64,000 nucleotides of DNA from Zancudomyces culisetae HAW-14-8. Taxonomy: Eukaryota > Fungi > Kickxellomycota. The stretch is from assembly GCA_052426225.1 (NCBI GenBank), contig JBNJNM010000012.1, forward strand, positions 744,001 through 808,000, given 5' to 3'. The notes under the pieces were generated by a model. It was not told the DNA's origin, made no database searches, and worked only from the letters and a program-made list of their open reading frames with translations. Made by a program: the position numbers and the translations under genes. Below, piece by piece: positions 1 through 10,800 of the stretch (the first letter of the stretch is position 1; each line of letters opens with the position of its first letter).

Positions 1-1
1 T

Positions 2-3000
2 CATTTTGATAATGCATATTGCCAAAAACACTGCAACATCAAAAGGTTCTCAACTCAAAGATCCAATCCAACGATTATCAAGACTAATACCTCAGTCATG
101 TCAAGACAAGCACCAGGACCAGGACCAGGACCAGGACCAGCACTAATTAGCCAGAATAACCATAGCCAAGAAACCCAAAGTCAGGAAACTAACAACCAGG
201 AAAACCATGTTAAAGATAACCACAGTCAGACTATCCATTGCCAAGTAATCACAGCCAGGAAAATTTAAACCAGGAGACTAACCACAGCCAGGAAAACCAT
301 AGCCAGGACAATACTTACAATAGCCAGGAAAATACTGTCAATAGCCAGGAAAACTTAAACCAGGATTATCAGAACCAAGTACACAACCAAGAAGTCATTG
401 AGTCAGTTCAGGATCAAGAATCCACCTCATATTCTGAAAATGATGATAAAATTTCTGATCCAGAATATGAAACAGATTTAGATTATGAACTTGAATCAGT
501 GTATTCGTTGGATTCTGAGCTGTACTACTCACCAAGTTCCGATATCAGTGAAATCTCACTCCAAAGTGCCGACTCTGAAAATAGTATTCAGAGTGCTGAT
601 ATGGAAACCTGTGAAGAGTTACGCCCGATGACTCCACCACCAGCTGATCCGGTTGAACCAATTCGCAAACGTTCTTGTGATATTGAGTTTCAACAAAAGG
701 TGCCTATCAAAAAGTTAAAACACTCTGTTTATCATTTGATAGGCATGATAAACCAAGCCAAACCAATTTCACTACCTCCTGATTCCTTAACTACTACTAT
801 TCCAAGTAAATATCAAGACCTCAGCCAAGCTTTTGACAAACAAAAGGCCGATACTCTACCTCCTCATCGCCCTTACGACTGCCCAATTGATCTGTTACCC
901 AATGCCGCCTTACCATATGGACCTATTTATCCACTTGCACCAAAGGAGCGAACAGCGCTTAAAGAGTACATCGATGAAAACCTTGCAAAAGGTTTCATAG
1001 TCCGCTCTAAATCACCTGCTGGAGCCCCTGTATTCTTCACAGGTAAAAATGATGGCTCTTTAAGACTAGTTGTGGACTACAGAGCTCTAAACAAAGTCGT
1101 CAAACGTAACCGGTATCCTTTACCGTTGATGACTGAGCTACTGGAACGAGTCCAATCTGCTAAAGTATTCACCAAACTTGATCTGCGTGGCGCGTACAAT
1201 CTGGTACGCATAAGGAAAGGCGATAAAGAAAAAACGGCTTTCCGAACACAGTATGGTCAGTTTGAGTACAAAGTTATGCCATTCGGTCTGGCTAATGCTC
1301 CTGGAACCTTTCAATCATTTGTCAATGACGTTTTTCGTGATATCCTAGACGTCTATGTTGTCATATACCTTGATGACATTCTGGTATTTTCTGCAACACC
1401 TGAAGAACATACTATCCATGTTCGTACTGTTTTAGAAAGACTAATCGCTCACAAACTCTACGCCAAACTTGAAAAGTGTGAGTTTGACCAAGAAAGAGTA
1501 GAGTTTTTAGGCTTCATAATCACACCTGCAGGCCTAGTCATGGATCCGTCTCGAGTATCTGCAATATTGGATTGGGATACACCAAAATCAGTCAAGGACA
1601 TCCAATCCTTCCTTGGATTTGTTAACTTCTATCGCCGTTTTATCCAAGACTTCTCACGTATTGTAACTCCGATTACCTCCTTACTCAAGAAAAATGCCCA
1701 GTTTATCTGGGGCTCAGCACAACAATCTGCGTTTGAAAATCTCAAGGAACAATGTACCACAGCTCCCGTTCTCTCACATCCTGACCCAGAAACTCAGTTT
1801 CTCCTCGAATGTGATGCATCCAACTTTGCTCTAGGAGCTGTGTATCTCAGAAAATTAATGGCGAAACTCATCCTGTAGCTTTCTATTCCCGAACGCTGAA
1901 TCCTGCTGAAAGAAACTACCACATCTATGACAAGGAACTTCTAGCCATCAAATGTGCCCTCGAGCAGTGGCGACATCATCTAGAAGGTGCCTCTCATCCG
2001 GTTTTGGTCATCACCGACCACAAGAATCTTGAGTATTTCCGCTCCGCCAAGATTCTAAATTAGCGTCAAGCAAGATGGGCCCTGTTCCTAACCCGGTTTG
2101 ATATCGAGCTTACTTACCGTCCAGGATCACAAAACGGTAAAGCAGATGCTCTATCTAGGAAGGATGAGCATAAAGAGGGGGTGAATCATGAAGATAGACC
2201 TATCTGGCAACCCAAGTTTGTAATTGCAGCTATTGACACCAGCCAGACTAGTGATATCATTTCTCAAATCAAAGCAATTACTGAATCTGAAACTCAAGCA
2301 CAAGAACTTCTAAGAAATCCAAAAGTCTCCTGTTCTGATAATATCTTATTGTACAACGATAGGATGTTTGTTCCTGAATCACTGCGTCTTCAAGTTATTG
2401 CCATGTGTCATGATTCACTGCCAGCTGGACATTTTGGCCATACTAAAACTATGTCCTTGGTTTCACGTCAGTTCTGGTGGCCAAACATGAAAGTCACAAT
2501 AAGAGACTACATTGACTCTTGCGATACCTGCAACCGAGCAAAACACATCTCTACTAAGCCATCAGGACTCTTAATGCCATTGAATACTCCCAATCGTCCT
2601 TGGGAATCAGTATCAATGGATTTCATTGTGGAACTACCACGTGCACAGGGCAACACTGTTGTACTGGTTGTTGTGGATCGTCTCACCAAGATGGCTCATT
2701 TCATTCCACTCAAAAGTACACCATCTGCTTCTGTTACTGCTTCTAGTTTTATGGATCATGTATTTAAACTACATGGACTTCCAAGTAGCATTATATCTGA
2801 TCGTGGTCTACAGTTTGAATCCAAGTTTTGGACCGAACTCTCACGACTTCTAAACATCAAACTTCATCACTCTACTGCATACCACCCACAATCTGATGGT
2901 CAGACAGAACGCATCAATCAAATACTTGAACAGTATTTGAGGTGTTTTGTTAACTATCAACAAGATAATTGGTGTCAGTTGCTTCCAATGGCTGAGTTTG

Positions 3001-3665
3001 CTTACAACAATGCAACTCACGCTAGTACCAAGGTTAGTCCATTTCATGCTAATTATGGGTATGATCCCCAGTTTATAATTAGCAACCTCAATGATTCCAA
3101 TGTACCAAGTGCTCAGGAGTTTGCTAGTCATCTGCAAACTATTCAAACTGAGTTAAAACTACACCTAAGTAAGGCCAAGGAGAACTACAAGAGGTTTGCT
3201 GATCGCAAAAGAAACCCTCAAGTTACATTTACTGCTGGTGATAAGGTTTGGTTATCACAAACCAACCTTAAAACCATGAGACCATCTCAAAAACCGGATT
3301 TCAAATACATCGGACCATTTGAAATCATTGAGATGGTTAACCCAGTAGCTGCAAGACTCAAACTTCCTGCAACCATGAGAATACACCCTGTATTTCATGT
3401 ATCACTCTTGAAACCATACAAGGCCACAGAAACGTTTAACCGTATTCAAGAACTACCACCTCCACCTGTTATTGTTGATAACCAAGAAGAGTACGAAGTA
3501 GCTGCTATACTCGACTCTAAAATATCCAAAGGTAAATTGAAATATCTAATCGACTGGAAAGGATACGCACCTGAGGATAGAACATGGGAAGACGCATCAG
3601 ATGTCCACGCCCCTGAAATTGTAGCCGACTTCCACAACCAATATCCGAATCAGCCAGGTCCTTGA
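2..3665 (+). pseudogene. Disrupted pol (end of protease, low-complexity linker, RT, RNase H, integrase, chromodomain)
   Basis: RT motifs KLDLRGAYNLVRI, MPFGLANAP, YLDD. RNase H ECDAS...[12 protein letters not shown]...TDHKNL. Integrase HDSLPAGH..CDTC, SMDFI, SDRG, HPQSDGQTER, GPF. Chromodomain EYEVAAILD..KYLIDWKGY..TWE. Lesions: frameshift near 228, frameshift near 1843 (GAV-LSQ), in-frame TAG at 2061-2063 within LN*RQARW. Confidence 0.92.
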
Positions 3666-3686
3666 GTAGGCATTAGAGGGGAGTGA

Positions 3687-4080
3687 TGTCATGATCCATT
3701 CATGATATTATTGCTATTTTTAATAACATATTAAAAATAGCAAATGTTAAATTTATTAACGTTTTCTCCGCTTTAATTCTTACTCCATAAATTATTAATT
3801 ATGGAGTAAGAATTAATAATTTTTAATAATTTGGTTTTACCCCATATTATTAAATGTTAACTGTGGAGTTGACATATAATAATATTTAGTTTAAGTTATA
3901 GTTTAATTATAGTTTTTATATGTTTTACAATTAATTTTGTATATTGTAAAACTATATAAGGACAAGGATTTTATTGCTTTAGGAAACTTTAGCAATAAAA
4001 TAATTTTCATCTCATAGTATTTTATTAAATAAATCATAGCCACAGTTAATACAAATAGTACTTAGTGTCAAGTCGTGACA
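3687..4080 (+). repeat. 3' LTR of element 1 (394 bp)
   Basis: Starts TGTCATGA directly after the PPT and ends TCGTGACA (7/8 terminal inverted repeat). Partner LTR is not in the window. Confidence 0.85.
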
Positions 4081-4430
4081 CGTCCTGTATAATACTGGGT
4101 AATTATATTTCTCAGTAGGACCTTAAACATGTAATTATACAACAAAACTGTCGTTTTAATATCTTTTATTAATAGACTAAAAATTTATTATTGATAATAT
4201 TAATATTTTATATTTTATATTTTTATTATTAGTGTTATATATGTTATTAAGTAAAAAATATAATAAAATTGTTGTTTTTTCTTCTCTGACGAGAATTTGA
4301 ACGTCTTTTATACTTTTAGAAACGCTAAATAAACTTATAAATAAACTAAATTAATATTACTATAAATTAATAAAGATAGCCTAATTCATATGAAAACATA
4401 AAACATTGTTATAATTGATGTGAGTTGTAA

Positions 4431-4555
4431 TGACTCACGAAAGATGAACTAGATCGTTTTACATTCACAGTGATGTCATTAGATTTACATTCACTGTGAC
4501 GTCAACTGATTTACGTTCACTGTGATGTAATAAGATGACATCATTGTGAATTTGA
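4431..4555. repeat. Three direct and one inverted copy of a ~21 bp unit (TTTACATTCACTGTGATGTCA) with bZIP-type sites
   Basis: Copies at 4458, 4484, 4510 and an inverted copy near 4536-4555. TGACGTCA at 4497-4504, TGATGTCA at 4471-4478, TGACTCA at 4431-4437. Confidence 0.75.
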
Positions 4556-5944
4556 TTGTCGTAAAATTACTATCGGAATTTACAATCAAAAAAACCCAGT
4601 GGGAAAAAGGATTATAAATCTACAGTAATTTCACGTGTCGTATAAAATTTACTATTGTTGCTATGTATACGATTTATTGTGAAATTTGAAGGTAAAGTTC
4701 GAAACAGAGGAAATTAGCTTTGCTTAAATCTAATTTCCGTTGTACTAATAAATAAGTTTATACTAATAAATACTACTAAATGATAGGATAATAAGTAATT
4801 GTTAATTTTGCTCACAATAGGATGTTCGGTTGATCCTATTGTGAGAAGATTAACCGCCGATCCCGCGATTCTCTCTAGGAAAATCTTATTGTGCAAATTT
4901 TCCCGACACACGACAAAATGTTGTATGCTTAGTTCTATCCAAGCTAAACTATTGGATGAACAGCATACACCTTCTCAAACACCGAATAACCACCGTTATC
5001 TCGGGTGTTCGAGCAAGAAATCTGGGATTTCTTGGGTAATAAATTACCCAAATGTTGGAGAAATATTCAGTTTTAATTGTTTTATTTTAAGTTTCTATTA
5101 TATAAAGTTCTAATAAAATAGCTAGTCAGGTACTAGTATATTACTAGTAACCTCACCACAAGTTTGGTGGTTTCATCTTTTTGTTTTTAAAAGTTATTCA
5201 TTAAATAAAATATAAATTAGCTCTAAAATACCTGATTTTACTCTATAATATTGAAATTTGTGATTTGAGCAAAAACCTACCTAAAACCAAAAAAAAACAT
5301 AGGTAGTGAAGCGTAACACAATTTTCAAAGGGTATCAGAAAGGTATCAGAGTCTAATTTTTGGACCAAAATTAATTGTTTTGCACACCAAATTTTAGGAG
5401 TTGGGCGTAATTTTACCCAGTTTTATCGCATTTATTGAAGTAATAAATACATAAAACTAAATTAAATATAAGCTAAAAAGGTAGGGTTGACTGGTTAAAT
5501 AAAGTAAAACAGATTCAAGTAACAATCCCCCTCTATTAGCAGAACTTTTTGTAGGTTTAGTTGCGGAAATTTCCTGAGAAATTTTCTGCAAACTAAAAAT
5601 ACAACAAAAACACAAGTGTCGAGATACTAGATCCGGGTATCACGGCATAGCAACGTGTATTGGATCAGATTACACGTTGCTGAACAATTACATTGTTCAT
5701 TCAAGAAACGTTGAGATATGTATGAATGATTGTTAACAACACATTCATACACCAACGTTTCAACGCAAACATTAATATAGTATTATTGTTTTTTATGGAT
5801 GATAGTTTAGTGATTATTTTTAAAGAGTTAGTTTATATAAATAAAAGACATAGGATGAATTTGAAAGCGTCATCCATGTCTTAATATACGGACGTATAAA
5901 TAAAAATCTAATTCATAATAAAAAATTATATCAAAACTACGAAA

Positions 5945-6289
5945 ATGTACTACTCAAATGGGTATGAAGATGAGGAGATGGCAATAAGTACCACTTCATC
6001 ATCTTCCGGAAGAAGTACTGGCAGCAGCATGGATCAGGATGCTGGGGTATTAAGCCCCCAGACCTTGAAAGATCTGACCACTAGCGTGCGTCAGATACAG
6101 ATCCGTAGCAGCCTAGGGAGTCCGTCGGGGATCAGACTTTCTCCTACACCTCCAAAGGGGTGTGTGTCACCCCATTCTGCGCAAATGGGGATAAGGTTAC
6201 AGAGCAATTGTGTAACCCCCAGATCCCATATTGCGACTGTCGCATCAAAGATCGACAGATGGGCGTCTCACTCGGGTTATAGCGAGTGA
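5945..6289 (+). CDS. Small Ser/Pro-rich ORF (114 aa) inside an LTR-like relic, function unknown
   Basis: GC-richer island in AT-rich surroundings, AAAATG start context, TATAAAT at 5895; no recognisable domain. Confidence 0.35.
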   Translation: MYYSNGYEDEEMAISTTSSSSGRSTGSSMDQDAGVLSPQTLKDLTTSVRQIQIRSSLGSPSGIRLSPTPPKGCVSPHSAQMGIRLQSNCVTPRSHIATVASKIDRWASHSGYSE

Positions 6290-7307
6290 GATGTGATGAT
6301 TTACCTAGTGCTTTTCACCTATGAGGTTTTTCACTATGCGTAAATCATCATTTCCCAAATATTAATTAATTTCGGATGGTTTTTATATTATTCATAGTAT
6401 TTTAATATATTAGTATATACGAGGAAAATGCATTTAAGCACTGCTTTTTCTCTTCTATGTTTTTAGCATCTTATTTTCGGATTAGTATTTAGTATATACT
6501 TTATTATAATAAAACAATATTAACAAAAGAACTAAGGTCCTACCGCTTACTGGTAGTAAATTAACATAATACTAGTGAAAGCAGTAAAGTCGGATAAGAC
6601 CGACAAATGGAAAATAAATTCCGACACGACATGATATATTTTTAGAGAAGTACACCTCATCTAGAATTGAGTTAATACAACAATTATTATCAAATTATTA
6701 AAACTTTATTAATTACTTTCTAGATAACGTTTAATTATATATTTAATATAAGTTTTTATTACTAGGAATCTCGAATTAGTTTTTAGACTTTTTCTAATAT
6801 CGAGAATATTTTATACTTTAGAATATTTTATACTTTAGAATACTTTTATACAACATTTATGTTTATAGTCATTTCAATATAAAAAGAAGGATTTAGTATC
6901 CAAAATGGTAACGACACCAATCTTTTATTAAAATAAACACAGTATTATCTAAACAATATTTAAAGATTAAGTTATAATTAATAAGTATTAAATAATAGTT
7001 TAGCTAATAGTCTATTTTTAAACATATATTTAGAAAGATATATCAGACACTGTTGTATGCCTACAATAGGTGAAACATTTCCATTGGTTAATTGTGTTTT
7101 GTAATTTTTAGTTAGATTTTTTGTAGATTTTATTGTATAAAATTGAAATTTTTGTTTAACTAAATAAATGTCCTCTTTTGCAAAATCCAAAGTACTGTAT
7201 AATAATTCGCAGCATATAGTAAAAGGTAAGTAAAATGACCCGTCCCGTGTGTTATTTGGTGTAAAAAACACTAAATGGGACGTTAAACATGGCAACACAC
7301 AACAACA

Positions 7308-7710
7308 TGTCATATAGAAATGGATGGATTACCCCTTGTCAGAAATTGGTTAGGTAATTTATTAATGAGTCATAGTATTATTATTATTATTATTATTATT
7401 ATCATTTTATTGGGAAGATTGGACTTTTCTCCCTAGGAGGGTTTTTTCCTACTTCCTTGATAACAAGTTCGTGTTATCATTACTTTTATAGAGGAGTTTG
7501 GATTTCTAGTTTTAAGAAAAAGATCATTATCAATTTTTATTAAGTATATCATAAAAAATAAACTACAATAGTAAAATATAACAAGTGTCTACACAAAACT
7601 CAGTTATTAACATAAACGGTGAGCTTAAACACTATCCGTGAAGGAAGTAACTAGTGTATTGACACTGTGCACCCATAACGGGTAATATAATATAAATTTT
7701 AAATATTACA
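7308..7710 (+). repeat. 5' LTR of element 2 (403 bp)
   Basis: TGTCATAT...ATATTACA. Differs from the 3' LTR by 3 substitutions seen by eye plus (TAT)9 vs (TAT)7. Confidence 0.97.
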
Positions 7711-7712
7711 AT

Positions 7713-7725
7713 TGGCGCTCCCAGC
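7713..7725 (+). other. Primer binding site of element 2 (TGGCGCTCCCAGC), probably tRNA-Arg
   Basis: Begins TGG 2 nt after the LTR and is complementary to a tRNA 3' end ...GCUGGGAGCG-CCA. The isotype is inferred from fungal tRNA-Arg acceptor stems. Confidence 0.75.
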
Positions 7726-7821
7726 TAGGCGCAACGCCAGTGGGCTACAGATAACAGTTATAGAAAATACTAATAGTTGAGGTCAAATTTAGTTAAAAGA
7801 TAAGCCGGAAAAAGATAAGAA

Positions 7822-10800
7822 ATGAAGGTGCCAGAGACGTTTGATTGTACCAGTGGTATGGACCCAAAGGAATGGGTAGGAAAATACAGGATAATTGCAA
7901 AACTTAACAAGTGGGATGAAGATGACTGGATCGATTTCGTACAACTACACTTGGGTAAGCGAGAGCTGGTTTGGTACAAGAGAAACACTCTCAAGTTCAC
8001 TTCGTGGGAAGAATTTACTAAACAGTTTATTACCAAATTTGGACCAAAAGACCAAAGTTTAAAATACTTGGAGCAGTTGAAAACAATTAGTCAAGATGAA
8101 TTCGAAACTATTGAGGAGTTAGAATACGAGCTAGAGGAACTGCTAACAAAGTCAAAAATCACTGAAGAGAAGCAAAAGCTTAACTGGTTGCTTAGCGCGT
8201 TAACTACAGAGAATAGAATAAGAGTAAGGGATGCAGGAGTTGAAAGCTGGACAGAGATTGTTGAACTAATAAGTAAAGATGAACAACAATTAGCTATACA
8301 GCGAAAGCCAAGTGCTATTGAAAAAGAAAACAATAAAAAACAAACTAAACCACGCATTCAGCTTCCGCATTCGGGCAGGCCGATTAAGGATATGGCCCAG
8401 GAAAAGTTAGGTTACGGAGAAATGGTTAAGAAGATGGAGGAGTGGAGTTTGAATCTCCTCACCAAGGTTGACGAGTTGATGGAAAACAAGCTCCGGGAGC
8501 ATCGTAGACCCAGACCACAGTCATACACCAGGGGTCCCATCAAGTGTTTTAAGTGTGGGGTCGAAGGACACAAAGTACCAGATTGTCCAGAGCAGAGTAA
8601 AGTACAAGATACCAGTGTAAATTTTATTGAACTTTCTACTGGTAACGAGGAAGACACCGACGTATTTGCAGTACAGAGAGGTATACATCCAAGGGGAGTA
8701 CAAAAACCATATGACTTTAGTAATAAGAAGATGACTCCAATTACTACCCATACAAGGATGTCACAACGCAACAGGGATGAAGTGCGAGCAGAAATGGAGG
8801 TAGAGCCACCAGCTAAACCTCAAGTGGTTGGAACAGCGAAAGATCATGCAACAAAAGAGGAGCCACCAAAAAGCAGAAATAAGTTGATACCAAAGATTAC
8901 AGAAGGTATAGAACCATTTAGCTTAGTGGAGGACCTGAAGAGTTACTACCCTCATATAAGCCTACCCCAACTGATACAGGCTGCTCCACAATTAACACAT
9001 GATATGAGTCAACTAGCAAAAAAGGTAAAAAAAGATGAGATAAACGAGATACGCCTGAATCCATCTAAGACATCCAGTTGCAAAATTGAGATCACCATAT
9101 TTGGAAGGAGAATGTGGGCAGTTGTAGATACAGGGGCCGCGTGCTCTGTAGCTACTCCAAACTTAGTATATGGATGGGGTCTAATCACGGAGCAGTCGGA
9201 TGGACAAGTGATAGTCACAGCGGACGGCCGAAGGCATGCACCTCGGGGGATAATTAGAGATGTACCGGTGCAAATAGGAAAGTATATCTTCGCTACTGAC
9301 ATTACTATCATGGAAAGAACTGACGATATTCTCATATTAGGAACGGATTGGCTTTTAGCCCACAAAACGAAACTAGATATGCAGAAAGGTGAACTAGCAC
9401 TACCAGTAGGAAAACAATTATTGCTAGCACCCCTTTACACTCGTGTAGCAGCAGAAGGAGCAGATTCAGATGAAGCGGAAGTATATTTAGTGATCAGTGA
9501 ACGTCAAGATGAGGGAACAGAGGAGGTAGCTATGGACCCGCGGGTCACGGAACTGATAGAGGAAAACAAAGAACTATTCATTGAGGATGTAGAACAGCTC
9601 ACCCAGACGAATGTTACTCAACATCGTATCGAGCTAACACAGGATACTCCCATCCGACAACGTCCATACCGCATACCATTCCACTTATATGAAAAGGTCC
9701 GTACTGAGCTAGAGATTATGGAGAAGAATGGCGTTATTGCGCCCTGCACATCGGAGTGGTGCTCACCCGTTGTAGCAGTCTGGAAAAAGAACGGTAAGCT
9801 CCGAATCTGTGCGGACTACCGCAAACTGAACCAAGTCACCCGGAAGGATTCCTATCCTCTCCCCACCATAGATGACATTTTTATGGCATTAGCTGGTGCC
9901 ACCATATTTAGCTCGTTTGACGCCTTAAGTGGGTATTGGCAGATACCCATGGCGCTGGAAGATCGCGATAAAACTGCCTTCGCAATTCCTGGAAGTGGGA
10001 CGTACTGCTATAACGTGATGCCGTTTGGGCTCACGAATAGCCCAGCCTCCTTCCAGCGAATGATGGAAAAAGCTCTCGCACCTGTGCTCTGGAAGACTAC
10101 GGTCGTCTTCATAGATGATATTGTGGTATACTCGACGTCTTTTGAACAACATCTAGTCGATGTTCGTGAGGTCTTACAGCTACTTAAAACTAACAATATA
10201 CAACTTCACAAGAATAAATGTAGTTTAGCCGTAAATTCGTTAACATACTTAGGACACACCATCTCAGGTAAGGGTATTGAGACGTGTATGGATAAAATAA
10301 TTGCTATACAAAAAGCCGAGTCGCCGAAGTCGGTTAAGGAACTTCAATCGTTCCTTGGACTGACTGGTTACTACCGAAAGTTCGTGGAGAACTATGCCAG
10401 AATCGTAGCCCCGTTATTGAAGCTGCTCAAAAAGAATACAGTGTGGAGTTGGCAGTCGGAACATCAGTCAGCAGTAGAAGAACTAAAGAAACAACTTTGC
10501 GAGACTCCAGTTTTATCCCATCCAGATTGGACGCGGGAATTTATTGTTACAACGGACGCCTCCATTATAGGCATTGGGGCGATCCTCTCCCAGGAATTTG
10601 AAGACGGTGAAAGGCCGATTTGCTATTTGAGTCGCATTTTAAACCCACATGAGAGAAACTATTCAGTGGCACATTTAGAGGGACTTGCTGTAGTATGGTC
10701 CGTAAAGAAATTAAGACAATACTTGTGGGGTAAACATTTTACCATCCGTACTGACCACAAGGCGCTAATACAACTGTTTAATGGTAAAGACATAACCGGA

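Larger units (their letters stand above)
1..4080 (+). mobile_element. Ty3/gypsy chromovirus (Tf2-like) LTR retrotransposon, decayed; 5' part lies outside the window
   Basis: RT-RNaseH-integrase-chromodomain order, followed by PPT AGAGGGGAG (3675-3683) and an LTR TGTCATGA...TCGTGACA (3687-4080). Confidence 0.93.
4086..7307. mobile_element. Cluster of solo-LTR / LTR-like relics
   Basis: Several TGTCG starts (4149, 4557, 4636, 5617) and CGACA ends (4915, 6631) resemble the termini of element 3. Also CA-rich spacers, a PBS-like GGTATCAGAG (5342), a minus-strand PPT+TGTT (5521-5534) and dense hairpins. Internal boundaries are uncertain. Confidence 0.6.

Noticed and set aside
2061-2063. In-frame TAG as possible programmed readthrough
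   Set aside because: It lies inside a conserved RNase H motif, is explained by one C>T change, and the element has other lesions.
4458-4530. Short regularly spaced repeats as a CRISPR-like array
   Set aside because: Spacers are only about 5 bp, there are no cas genes, and the context is eukaryotic.
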